Shown piece after piece: positions 35,253 through 45,052 of a stretch of DNA of 45,052 bases. Source of the DNA: Guillardia theta CCMP2712 (lineage: Eukaryota > Protista > Cryptophyta); NCBI RefSeq assembly GCF_000315625.1, contig NW_005434623.1:336458-381509 (forward strand), in the 5' to 3' direction. Within the stretch, counting starts at the first letter, position 1, and every line of letters begins with the position of its first letter. Both the position numbers and the translations under genes were made by a program. The notes under the pieces are model-generated. The model was not told the DNA's origin. It was given only the letters and a program-made list of their open reading frames with translations, and ran no database searches.

Positions 35253-37448
35253 TTAGTCCTCCAGCAGTGACCCCAGCTCTGACGCCAGCCCCCACGCCCG
35301 AAACGTCTCGCTGCGTCCCCCCGTCAGCCTCTCGCCTCCCCGCCTCTCCTCCTTCTCCACCCCCATACTCCACCTCCTCTCTCACCTCGTCTCGTTGTAG
35401 ATGAAGCAGTACGCGTCCGTCGCCCCCGCCCCGCTCCCCTGCCGCGCGTCAAGCGTCAGCTCGTCAGCTCGCTCCTCGACGCGTCTCATGCGCAGACGTG
35501 TACCTGCGCGCAGGCGTGGCCGTACTGGCAGACCCACACCTCCTCGTCGTCGGTCATGAGCTTGCCGAGGCCTCCTGCGACCCGCGGGGTGAGGTCAGAG
35601 CGTGAGGCGATGCGGGGGAGGAGGGGTACCGGTGATGTAGGGCGAGGGCTGGTCGGAGGGGTCGAGCAAGGTGCTGGCGATGATTGTAGGCCAGGATGCG
35701 GTGAGGGAGCAGGAGGAGGGCGAGGAAGGAGAAGAAGAAGAGGTATTGGAAGGAGAAGAAGCGTTGAATGCCAATGACGCGTTGGAGACTGAACCAGAGT
35801 CGGTGCAGACGGTATCACTGACGCAAGGGGGGGGAGGGGTCCAGCCTGGAAAGCTGTCGAGTGGCCAGGTAGAGTTGACGCAAGGGAGGCTGTTGCCGTA
35901 GATACTCAAAGACTTGAGGAAGAGAAGAGAAGCGAAGGCGTTGGAGGAGATGCATTCCAGCTGGTTGCTAGAGAGGATGAGAGATTCAAGGTATTGGAGG
36001 CCGTCAAAGACACCTGCTGGGATGCTGGTCAGCTTGTTACCGTTCAAACTGAGGGAAGTCAATGCTGTCAGCCCGTTGAACGCCCCCGAGGAAATGCTTG
36101 ATATTTGATTGTTTTGAATATCAAGCAATTTCAAGGCAGATAGTCCATTGAAATTGCTCGAAAGAACGGTTTGTAGTTGGTTGAAGCTCATATGAAGCTC
36201 TTCCAAGGCTGACAAGCCATCGAACGCGTCCATGGAGATGCTTGATATTCTATTTCCGTCCAGTTGAAGTTGCTGCAAGGCAGAGAGTCCAAAGAACGCG
36301 TTCGAAGGAAGGCTGGACAGCTGATTACTGTTCAGGTTTAGCGTTTTCAAGCCTGACAGCCCGTTGAAAGCGCTTAAAGAGATATCTGAAATTTGATTGT
36401 TGTTCAGGTCAAGTTCTTGCAAGACAGACAGTCCGGAGAACGCGTTCGAAGGAAGGCTCGTCACTCGATTGTTGTAAAGACTCAGGATCTGCAAGCCTGA
36501 CAGCCCACTGAATACACCCTCGGAGAGGCTCGATAGCTGGTTGTCAAACAGGCCAAGATACTTCAAACCCGGCAGACCGCGAAAGGCATCCGAAGAAATA
36601 TTCGTTATCTTGTTGGAAAACAGACTGAGGGTCTGCAAGCTTGATGATCCGTTGAATGAGTCGGGAGGAAGGGTAGACAGCTGGTTGTAGGAGAGATCAA
36701 GATTCTGCAAGGATGCTAGTCCTTTGAAGGTGTTCGGACCAAGGGTCGACAGCACATTGTTGTGGACATAAAGTTGTTGCAAGGATGATAGCCCATCAAA
36801 CACGTTTGAGGGTAAGTTCAGAAGTGCATTGTGATGCAGTTGGAGAAATTGCAAGGCTGACAGCCCACTGAAGACTCCCTCGGAAAGGCTCGACAACCGA
36901 TTGTTGGAAAGTTCAAGGGTCTGCAAGCTTGAAAGCCCATTGAACACGCCCAATGGAAGACTTGTAAGATAGCTCCAATACATATAAAGTTTATGTAGGC
37001 CCGATAGCCCCGTGAACATGTCGCTATACAGAAATGAGCTGTCCACATTGCCCAACCTTATCTCACTCAGCTTCGACATGCGGCTGAACACTCCTTCAGG
37101 AAGCTTAGTGACATTCCCTTGTGGCAGGTCGTCTGAGACCTCAAGATACGTGAGGTTGTCAAAGACGCTGATGTCATCTTGGAACACAAGCGTCAACGCG
37201 CTCGCATCGATGTAAAGGGTTGTCAGGCTAGGCATGTCGTCGAACGCTCCCGCCGAGATGTTCTTCAAGCCGGATACTCCGAGGTACAAGTAAGTGCAGT
37301 CAGTCTGGCAGCTTCCTGTTCTTGACAGGACCCCATCGTCTGAGACGGTGAAGGTGCATCCTCCGCAGTCTATAGAGGAGCTGCCATGGACAGAGAGGAC
37401 TTGAAGGGCAGAGAGGAGGAGGAGAGTGTGGTGTGTTGCATGCGCCAT
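35253..37448 (-). CDS. Secreted or surface LRR protein copy B, about 20 LRRs, with signal peptide
   Basis: Signal MAHATHHTLLLLSALQVLSVHG, Cys N-cap CGGC..GSCQTDC, 24-aa LRRs, C-cap, Ser-rich linker and three small 3' exons. Confidence 0.88.
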
Positions 37449-37466
37449 GGCTGTCGCTGAGTAATT

Positions 37467-37974
37467 TACTACATCAGTGTGGAAGGGTGGTAGTAGCTGG
37501 GGGGTGTGGTAGGGGTAGCAGGGGTGGTCTTGTTTTATACATGTATTTAATTGTCTTGACTGGTCCTAGAAATGGTCCTAGAAAGATGTGTATCTTGACA
37601 GGTCCTAGAAATGGTCCTAGAAAGATGTGTATCTCGACTGGTCCTAGAAATGGTCCTAGAAAGATGTGTATCTTGACAGGTCCTAGAAATGGTCCTAGAA
37701 AGATGTGTATCTCGACTGGTCCTAGAAATGGCCCTAGAAATATACTACCTAGTAACCTCACTGGTCCTAGAAAGATACCACTAGGATACCAATATACCAC
37801 TAAGAACCATACCACAGTAAGAACCATACCTCCTGATTGGTTTTACACCTTTTTTAATACTACTAAGACACCACTAGGACTCCCACTAAGACTACCACTA
37901 AGACTCATACCAGTAACCACTAAGAATACCACTGAGACACCATCAGTACTGAGTCCTCTAATAACCCTGTAGTG
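37467..37974. mobile_element. Possible non-autonomous CACTA-like element remnant
   Basis: The right end reads CACTACA on the minus strand (tgtagtg, 37968-37974) with many subterminal ccactaag/ccactagg repeats; the left end tactaca (37467) is imperfect; no target-site duplication found. Confidence 0.3.
37555..37741 (+). repeat. 39-bp tandem repeat, about 4.8 copies (ctYgacWggtcctagaaatggtcctagaaagatgtgtat)
   Basis: Direct tandem units, each with an internal ggtcctagaaa doublet; unit variants alternate. Confidence 0.95.
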
Positions 37975-37997
37975 CTGATTGTCCTCGTACTGATCTT

Positions 37998-40900
37998 TCA
38001 CTTAACTTTGAGTAAAGTTCGTTTCAAAAGTGCTGCCTCACGGTACCTCTCTTGTCTATCTGGGGCGGACTCGTTGATCCTGCTTTCTCTTGCTTTTTCA
38101 GTCAACAAAAGGGAATTTATTGATGAGTAAAACTAGGCGATGAGGCGGGTTTGTAGGCTTATCCTCGTCTTTCTCTTTCACGGTCAACAAAGTCTTCTAG
38201 TCCATGGCGAACTTCATGCTTTCGTGCGGGCCGAAACGCAGCGAATGCACCGCAGCAGGCTGGCGTTGCATGCCCTGAGAGGATGAGCTTGCTAGAGGAG
38301 TCTACTCGTGCTATGGAATCGCAGAGCCAAGATCAGATCTTGATGACAGGGTGGAACGGAGCCATGCATGCATTCACTTGCTCGCTCAGAGATCCTGAAC
38401 AGATCATCTCTTCCATCTGTATCGTGTGAGACTGGGCAAACACAGCAGCAGCGCTCATCCCGTCGTTGGCTTCTTCTCCTTGCCCTGCTGCGAGCGAAGG
38501 ATCTGGCATTGTGCCTTAAGGAGGGCAAGCTCCTTCTCGCACTTGTGCAGAGCTACTTTCTCTGCGAAGGCATGAGGGACAGGATGAAGGAGAGAGCAGG
38601 TGGTGACGGCTGCAGGACACGGGTGAAGCATGACAGGAGCACGGAGGATACACGTTTCACGGGGAGGAAGAGCAGCTTGGATCGACAAGGACGAATGCGG
38701 CAGGCGCTACCTGGACTCTCTTCGGGGATACCTCGGAACGCAACATTAATGCCTTCAAGCAGCTGATTTACCTGCAGCAGACAAGGAAAGACTGTCACTT
38801 GGCAGCAGAGGTATGATGCGTACAAAGACAACAGAGATAAGGAGTGCAATGTTGAAGATGAAAGCCCATCGCCCTTACAACAAACATCTCTAGTGCACCT
38901 CTCGGGGCGTCCTGGGTTGACTGCTGGAAGGGAAGAAGTTGAGGCAGGATTGAAAGAAGATTCGCATCTGCGTGTCCACAAACTCACGATAAGAGAAGAA
39001 CGTCGAAGAGAGAATGTGTTGCTCGGTCGAGCGCTGAAGGATGACCTGCGATGTTGTCAGAAAGAGTTCAAGATATGAACTAGTGACTAGAGAGAAAGAA
39101 GAACGAGTCAGGGAGTTGCTTGCCTTCATCTGTTTTCTCCTCTTCTTGTGGTTCAAAAATTGTCGCAAGCTCAAGAGTATGACAGCAGAGACCCGTCGGG
39201 TCCTTCGAAGCACGATTGCCTCTGCACGGGTGTTCTTGCAGGTCAACAAGAGAAGAACCGACCATCGCTGAAAGCACTTCTGGCAGAGTCGACATGCAAC
39301 AGAAGCAAGTTGACCTTGGATATCAACATATCGCTGTGCATTCCTTGCAAACAGACAGGGTTTATCTCCGGTGCTTGTCCTGAACGAATGCCATGCAGTG
39401 AAAGATACGAGTAAGAGATTCCCAAGAACGAGTCCAGACATCTTCATATAGACTCTTGAAATGAGCTTGACAAAGCAGTTGTGACGAGTCCACTCCCGAA
39501 AACAGGTCGATTTGAGGGCGTACAGGCGCTTCTGGACCTCTTCATCACAGCATCTGTCCCGCTCTGCACGGAGTATTTTTGCCTTCCTCCTCCACAGCAA
39601 TAGCTGAAAAATCATTCTCCTGACTTGAACTCGCTTCAAATCTTCTACTTTCGTCCACCAACGTTTGATGATTTCTGCTTGCATCCTGCAATTTGTGTCA
39701 GAATGATCCAAGTCAACAAAATTTGCGATCATGTAAGGTCATCCATGCGGTCGCTTTCCAGCACATAGAAAGGATCACGCTATCTCATCATACACTATTA
39801 CAGTAGATTTTAGCTACCATGGTCGATGAAGCTGGAGCGAGTTCATCCTCGCTTGGCTCTCGCTAAGCCATCGCTTGAACGCATCCTCGACCAGCTCGAC
39901 AGATGAAACTCTTATTTGCTTGCTGAGGTGAACATCCAAAAGTCGTTCGGAGAGTCTCTTCATCATCGTGATCTGCTTCCAGGAATCTACATGCTTGTGC
40001 AAGTTTAGTTGAACGTTGACTCTGCTCTTCACGTCCATCAGTTTCGTCATTTCTCTTCGATTTCTGGACAACGAACTCCATAAGGTAAAGGTATCTTTAC
40101 AAGACTTTGAACGCGCGACTCTTGTAAGATTATCATACAATGCCTCTGATCTCCGTCCTCTATCCAATATCACCTTCCAATTTAGAAAAACAAGGAGACA
40201 ACAGCTTGCAGGATCTTCATATAACTTGTCAGGACGTGTGTTAGATCGCTTAACCTCCACAAGGCTCCACCACCCTATTAGCACGCGGTCCAGCGTCCTG
40301 GAATCTCTCGCTCTACAGAAAGCCTGTACAAGCTGATGCGTATACCTTCTCGCAGAGCATAACGACCTCCATGTGCAGAGCAATGCATTACCAAGTTTTG
40401 TCTCCTGGCGGACCAAGTGCTGTCCAAACTTCTCATGATGCTGCTGTTGTTTGAATGCTTCCATTCTCCACGCTGTGAGATGTTTCCTGCAGCAACGTGT
40501 CCGGGTCTTTCTCACAAAAACCTGATGAGCGTGTGAATGCAACTTGAATAGAGTCGTCAAGGCATGCCAATGATGGAAACAACGAGCCAGTCTATCGGGA
40601 GCTGACTTGTCTTTTGTATGCAGCAAATTCCGCATCATCCTTATCTCCCGCAGATAGAACCTCCACGAGAAAAAGTGCAGCACAACAGCGCGAGTGAGAT
40701 CTCTCTCTCTAGTTCTCTCAACGTTCTTTCTCGCATCCCTCGTCCGGTTGCACCCTGCACTCCATGCGCGCAAGTACCTCAACATGCACTTGTGAAGAAG
40801 AAATTTAGCTGCCACGTCCTGGTGTGCCCTTCCTGCTCTCTGTAGGTTTAAAATTTGAGCCCATGAGAGGATAACTGATTGCAAAGTTCTCTCCGATCTC

Positions 40901-41285
40901 CTCATGACCGCTTCTTCCACCGCCCTTTCCCTGCAGCATTCGTTCCACCATTTTTCCAGCGCCAGCACAAGGCAGCCTCTGTTCGACCTCACCGCCCGGC
41001 CGTCAGCAACCTTTCGCCTCCTTCTCATCATCTCAACTATCAAGAACCATTTTCTTACAGCTCCCAGCAGAATCTGCCTGCTCTGATGTCGAGGAAGCGA
41101 GGGAAGAAGTAGGCTGAGAAGCTTCGCGCGTTTGCTCCACTGGGAGAAGGAAGAAGCAAGCTTCTGCTGCCATCGCACCTCCGCCCATGTCTCCGCTACC
41201 CTCCCTTGCTCCTTGTCCTCGCCCTTGATCCGACTCATCCTGCTCCTGCCCCTCACCTTCCTCTACCTCTTTGCTGCCATGGCCA
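37998..41285 (-). CDS. Sfi1-repeat-like (centrin-binding) helical protein, multi-exon; start uncertain
   Basis: Basic R/K/L-rich ORFs with regularly recurring (F/L)xxW motifs (FSQW, FFSW, FHHW, FLNW, FTLW, FKRW, FREW, FTAW, FQRW). Confidence 0.65.
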
Positions 41286-41499
41286 TGGAGCAAATGCTTG
41301 TTCGGTCGTAAAGAATTTAGATTTGGGGTGGGGTGGGGTGGGGTGGGGTGGGGTGGGGTGGGGTGTTCAAGGGGGTACCTGGCGAATGAACTGAATGAAA
41401 TATGATGTCATGATCACCCGCATCGTTTCCCATCAAATGGTCACGTTTAGGGGGGTAGGGTACACTTTGACATATTTGTTTCCTCTATTTCCGGCGGCC

Positions 41500-44054
41500 A
41501 TGGCAGGAAGCAGGTGCGCCAAGTTCCGAGTTGAGGAGGGAGACAGAAGGGCGGGAGGAGGAAGAATGTGCACATCAGACAAGACCTGTATGAGGGAGGA
41601 GAGACAGGAGGGAAGTGGAGGAGGAGGCGGGTTGATGAAAGCATCAGGGCTGCAGTACCTGTGCTTCAGGCATAATATGTGCTCGCAGAAGTTTCCTGCC
41701 TGTCGTTCTGGCAGGCTGCCTTGTGTTTCTGTCGGGCTCGGATGCTGCCGAGAGGGAGAGGAAGGCGAGTCTGATGAGGAGGTTCCTTGACATGTCCAAG
41801 AAGGAGATATCCAACGACAAGATGCTGGAGCTGGAGGAGGAGAATGCTGCTCGCAACATGCAGCTTGCAGGTGAAGAGGAGGTGATGGGCTTCCGTGTCC
41901 TCGATCTGATGTACCTTCCTCCATCTCACCCCCTCCTCACGATCATTCATCTTCCTCTCTCTCTCACACACACAGCGACTCGTGTCCGGCTAGCAAGAAC
42001 AACACAGCTCCCAATGACGAGGCTGCACTGGGGTCATGACTATCTCAAGTCGGAGTACGGCGACAACTGGGACAAGCAAGGGGGCTACTGGGACGGATGC
42101 GGACACATGTTCAAGTCGCTATGCCATGGCAGAAACGACATGGTGGAGGTCGAACTCGATGATGAGATGATTGAATCTTCTGCTGATGTTGCTTTGCAGT
42201 GGTGGGAGAAGAATGGTTGGTCGGATGCGAACGCCAAGTTGCAGAAGGCTGCTCAGATGGATCAGGACAGGTAAACATGTTGATGCGAAAGTTCTGATGC
42301 CTGATGAAGAATGGTTGCGCAGGCAGAAGATGTTCCGAGAGGCTCTGAAGGAGCTCCATAACAAGATCTTGGAGGAGCGAGAAGCGCACAAGGAAGCAAA
42401 GGTCGCCCGGCAGGAGTATCTCAACTTCACCAAGTACAACTTGAAGCTGAAAGAGAAGAAGAAGAAGTTTTTGTTGAACAGCGAGAAGAAGAGCTTGATA
42501 GACACCCTTGCCAAATCTTCTGCCATCATCAACTCAGGCCTTGTGCATAAGATCGCCAATGACACTGACATGGCATACGCGGACTATGGAGAAGTGGAGG
42601 CTCAAGCTGCGCAGGAGGAGATGGATGTATGTTGTCTTCCTCCGCATACCCCCGCCCGCTGCCTCCTTCTTCCGACAGACTGAAATTTCTTTGTAACGCT
42701 ATCGATGCAGGAGATGGCAAAGTGGCACAACCTCCTACTGAACATGAAGGAGTCCGGCAAGGCGGACCCCCTCTATGTAGCGAATCTCAATCAAGAAGGC
42801 ACAAAGATGCTGGCGATGATCCGACATACGATGTTGAGACTTCAGGTTGAATGCTATCCCATTGGGTGAGGGCAAGGGATGGGGAGGTGTAGCAAGAGAA
42901 GAAGTTTGGACGGGAGCATACCGATGGAGAGGCTAGGGGAAAGTGATAGAACTCCTGACTTGTGTGTTTGTAGCACTCAGAGTCGAGAGAGAAAAAGATG
43001 GCGCAGGAGGACGAGAGAAACCTTCGAGTTTACCAGGTTGTTTCTCCTTCCCTTTCCTCTCCTCTGTTTTCTTTCTTTCCCCTTTTGATTGCTAGGATTG
43101 AAAAAGTAGAGGATAGTGAGCTGACTTGAGGTACAGCAACAGCTCAAGAGCCTGCACGACTCTAGCCAGAGCAAGGAGAAGTCGTACGAAGAAAAGGAGA
43201 AGGAGGAGGAGGTAAGTTGATGCAATACACTCGAAACGGTTGGGGGAAGCAGATTCAAGGGGGTGGTAGAGGAGGGAGAAGCAGGGAATTTGTTTTCACG
43301 TGTATTGCTCCTAGTTGAAGGCAGAAGAAGCGGCCAAGAAGCTGTTGCAAGAAAGATCCCAGGAGTTTGCAGGTTCGACTCAGCCGGCGTTCTCCTATTC
43401 TTTCACATTGTTTTACCTTGGCGGGCCGATGCTAACTTGTCTGATTTTGCAGGTGAAGGATCGTCAGCGCACAATCTTGCAGAGGAGTCGGCAAAGAGAC
43501 AAGAAGCTGCTCGACAGGTATGACGGAGACGATGACGATGACGATGACGATGGCGATGACGATGACGATGACGATGACGACGACGATGACGATGGCGATG
43601 TTGCAGAGAAAGCTCCAAGCTTCTGATCGTGGGAGCTCGCAAAGGAGTCAGGTCAGTAGCCGTTGAGGTGGAAGAGGCACAGCTGACGTGTTTATAGGCT
43701 GTCCAGCATACTCCTGAGCAGGTTGAGCAGAACATTATCAAGCAGAAGGAGCAGGTGCATGCTGCTGCCGTTGCAAAGAAGAACGCACTTGTGGGCAAGG
43801 CAGTTCCCGCTGCAAAGGAGAAGCCTGCAGCCGCTAGCAAGGGAAACAAGGGCGGGGCAGGGAAAGCAGAGGTTAGAATGACGGAGAATGGAGGAGAATT
43901 CCGTTCTCTCTGACCGGATCCTCCAGACCGCAGAGAAGAAAAGTGGGAGCAGCTCTGTGCTAAAGATGCTGCTGGGAGGGAGCTCGAAGAATTCTAACGT
44001 GGGTCTCCTCGCTTTTACCCCGCCCCTTTGTTTTCTATCTCGTTCTCTGCTGTT

Positions 44055-44152
<98 letters not shown>

Positions 44153-44416
44153 CTCCTCCTCCTCCTCCTCCTCCCTTCCTAGTTTTCCTATCCTCTTACT
44201 TTCCACTTGACATCATCACAGGCTGTCGAGCTTGCACCATGGGCGAAGCAGCGAAACTTTATGTCGGCACTGAAACGTCAGGTGAGGAAGGGAGGAGGAG
44301 GAGGTGATGAGATGGAAGGGGAAGCTGAGGAGGCTGACGTGGTGGAGGAGGAAGAGGTATGTGTTTTCAGCGCTGACTTGAATTCATGGCAGACAGAAGC
44401 TACAAAACAGCTCTGA
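41500..44416 (+). CDS. Hypothetical membrane-anchored or secreted coiled-coil protein, multi-exon
   Basis: Hydrophobic FLPVVLAGCLVFL followed by open exons at 41723-41869, 41977-42270, ~42308-42626 and onward with GT-AG introns. Both ends uncertain. Confidence 0.55.
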
Positions 44417-44547
44417 TGGTTTCGAACATCAAGGGGAACAAGTCAAGTACCATGAAGCTTGATGATAAAATTCATCGAAATGCAAAAGATCCACAAGAAA
44501 CTTCGACGCGCAGCATCTGCTGTCTACTCGTCCTATCAATCGCATCT

Positions 44548-44790
44548 CTATTCCCCAACTGTCTCTTCTTCAGATGACTCCTCAGCGCTCTTCCTTCCCC
44601 TTCACCAACTTCTTCTTCGCCTCCTCCACCACGGCCTCGAGCACATGTCAACAGCAGCAGGACTCGACTCCTCTCCTCTTACATGTACGCTGCTCCTGCA
44701 CGCGATGCTGTCGGCGGCACGGACGCTGAGGTTGACGGAGGGGACGTAGGGCGGGAGAGCCTTTCCCTCCTGCTCGGCCTGCGTGACATG
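44548..44790 (-). CDS. 3' end of a gene entering from the right edge of the window
   Basis: Two exons, AEQEGKALPPYVPSVNLSVRAADSIACRSS|AVVEEAKKKLVKGRKSAEESSEEETVGE*, preceded by a pyrimidine-rich intron. Confidence 0.4.
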
Positions 44791-45052
44791 CGCTCAATGG
44801 AGGGGGCAGACAGGAGCGATTGCAAGGGGAGGGAGCGAGGGAGGAAAGAAGAGATTGTGAGGATGAGATGAACGGCATTGAAGAAATGAAGATGACGAAA
44901 GCCTGGAAGATCAGGGAGATGGAAAAGAGGGCAATGGGCAGAAAGGAAAGAGGCAAAAACGGATCAAGCACTTGAATAAGTGAGTGAGTGAGTATTGGAG
45001 GGAGAGACAGAGAGAGGAGGGGAGGGGAGGGAGGAAGGTGATCAGGGAGAGG

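Noticed and set aside
37555-37741. CRISPR-like array
   Set aside because: Units are contiguous tandem copies with no unique spacers, there are no cas genes, and the context is eukaryotic.
37433-37972. 179-aa and 117-aa ORFs with TGPRNGPRKMCI repeats
   Set aside because: They arise from a 39-bp (multiple of three) tandem repeat, have non-ATG starts and show no protein-like features.
35067-37974. Complete Pack-CACTA element carrying LRR copy B
   Set aside because: Only a 7-bp terminal match and no 3-bp target-site duplication, which could be chance; kept only as a remark.
41325-41365. Telomeric repeat
   Set aside because: A short internal (GGGGT)n run between genes, better explained as part of the promoter G-block.

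Overview
Gene-dense eukaryotic nuclear DNA with many short (about 45-55 nt) GT-AG introns plus longer microsatellite-filled introns. Bipartite signal+transit presequences and the sequence style suggest a cryptophyte alga such as Guillardia (inference). Recognisable genes are UTP4, an FkbM methyltransferase, DAW1/ODA16, organellar TilS, ARFRP1, a presequence-bearing Mog1, a PDZ coiled-coil protein, a divergent 14-intron actin, a bHLH-PAS factor, a PUS7/TruD-like gene, two tandem LRR genes and an Sfi1-like protein, plus several hypothetical genes. The strongest leads are: (1) an LRR gene pair with near-identical flanks around rearranged, hypervariable 24-aa LRR arrays, one copy lacking its signal peptide, next to a satellite with a CACTA-like end; (2) a recurring polar intergenic element made of a GC hairpin block plus a GGGTAGGG block; (3) a Mog1 with signal peptide and LRGG motif, probably periplastid-targeted; (4) a 32-bp hairpin upstream of the bHLH-PAS gene whose three mismatches are all G:U on the sense strand. 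Exon boundaries were read by eye and are approximate.
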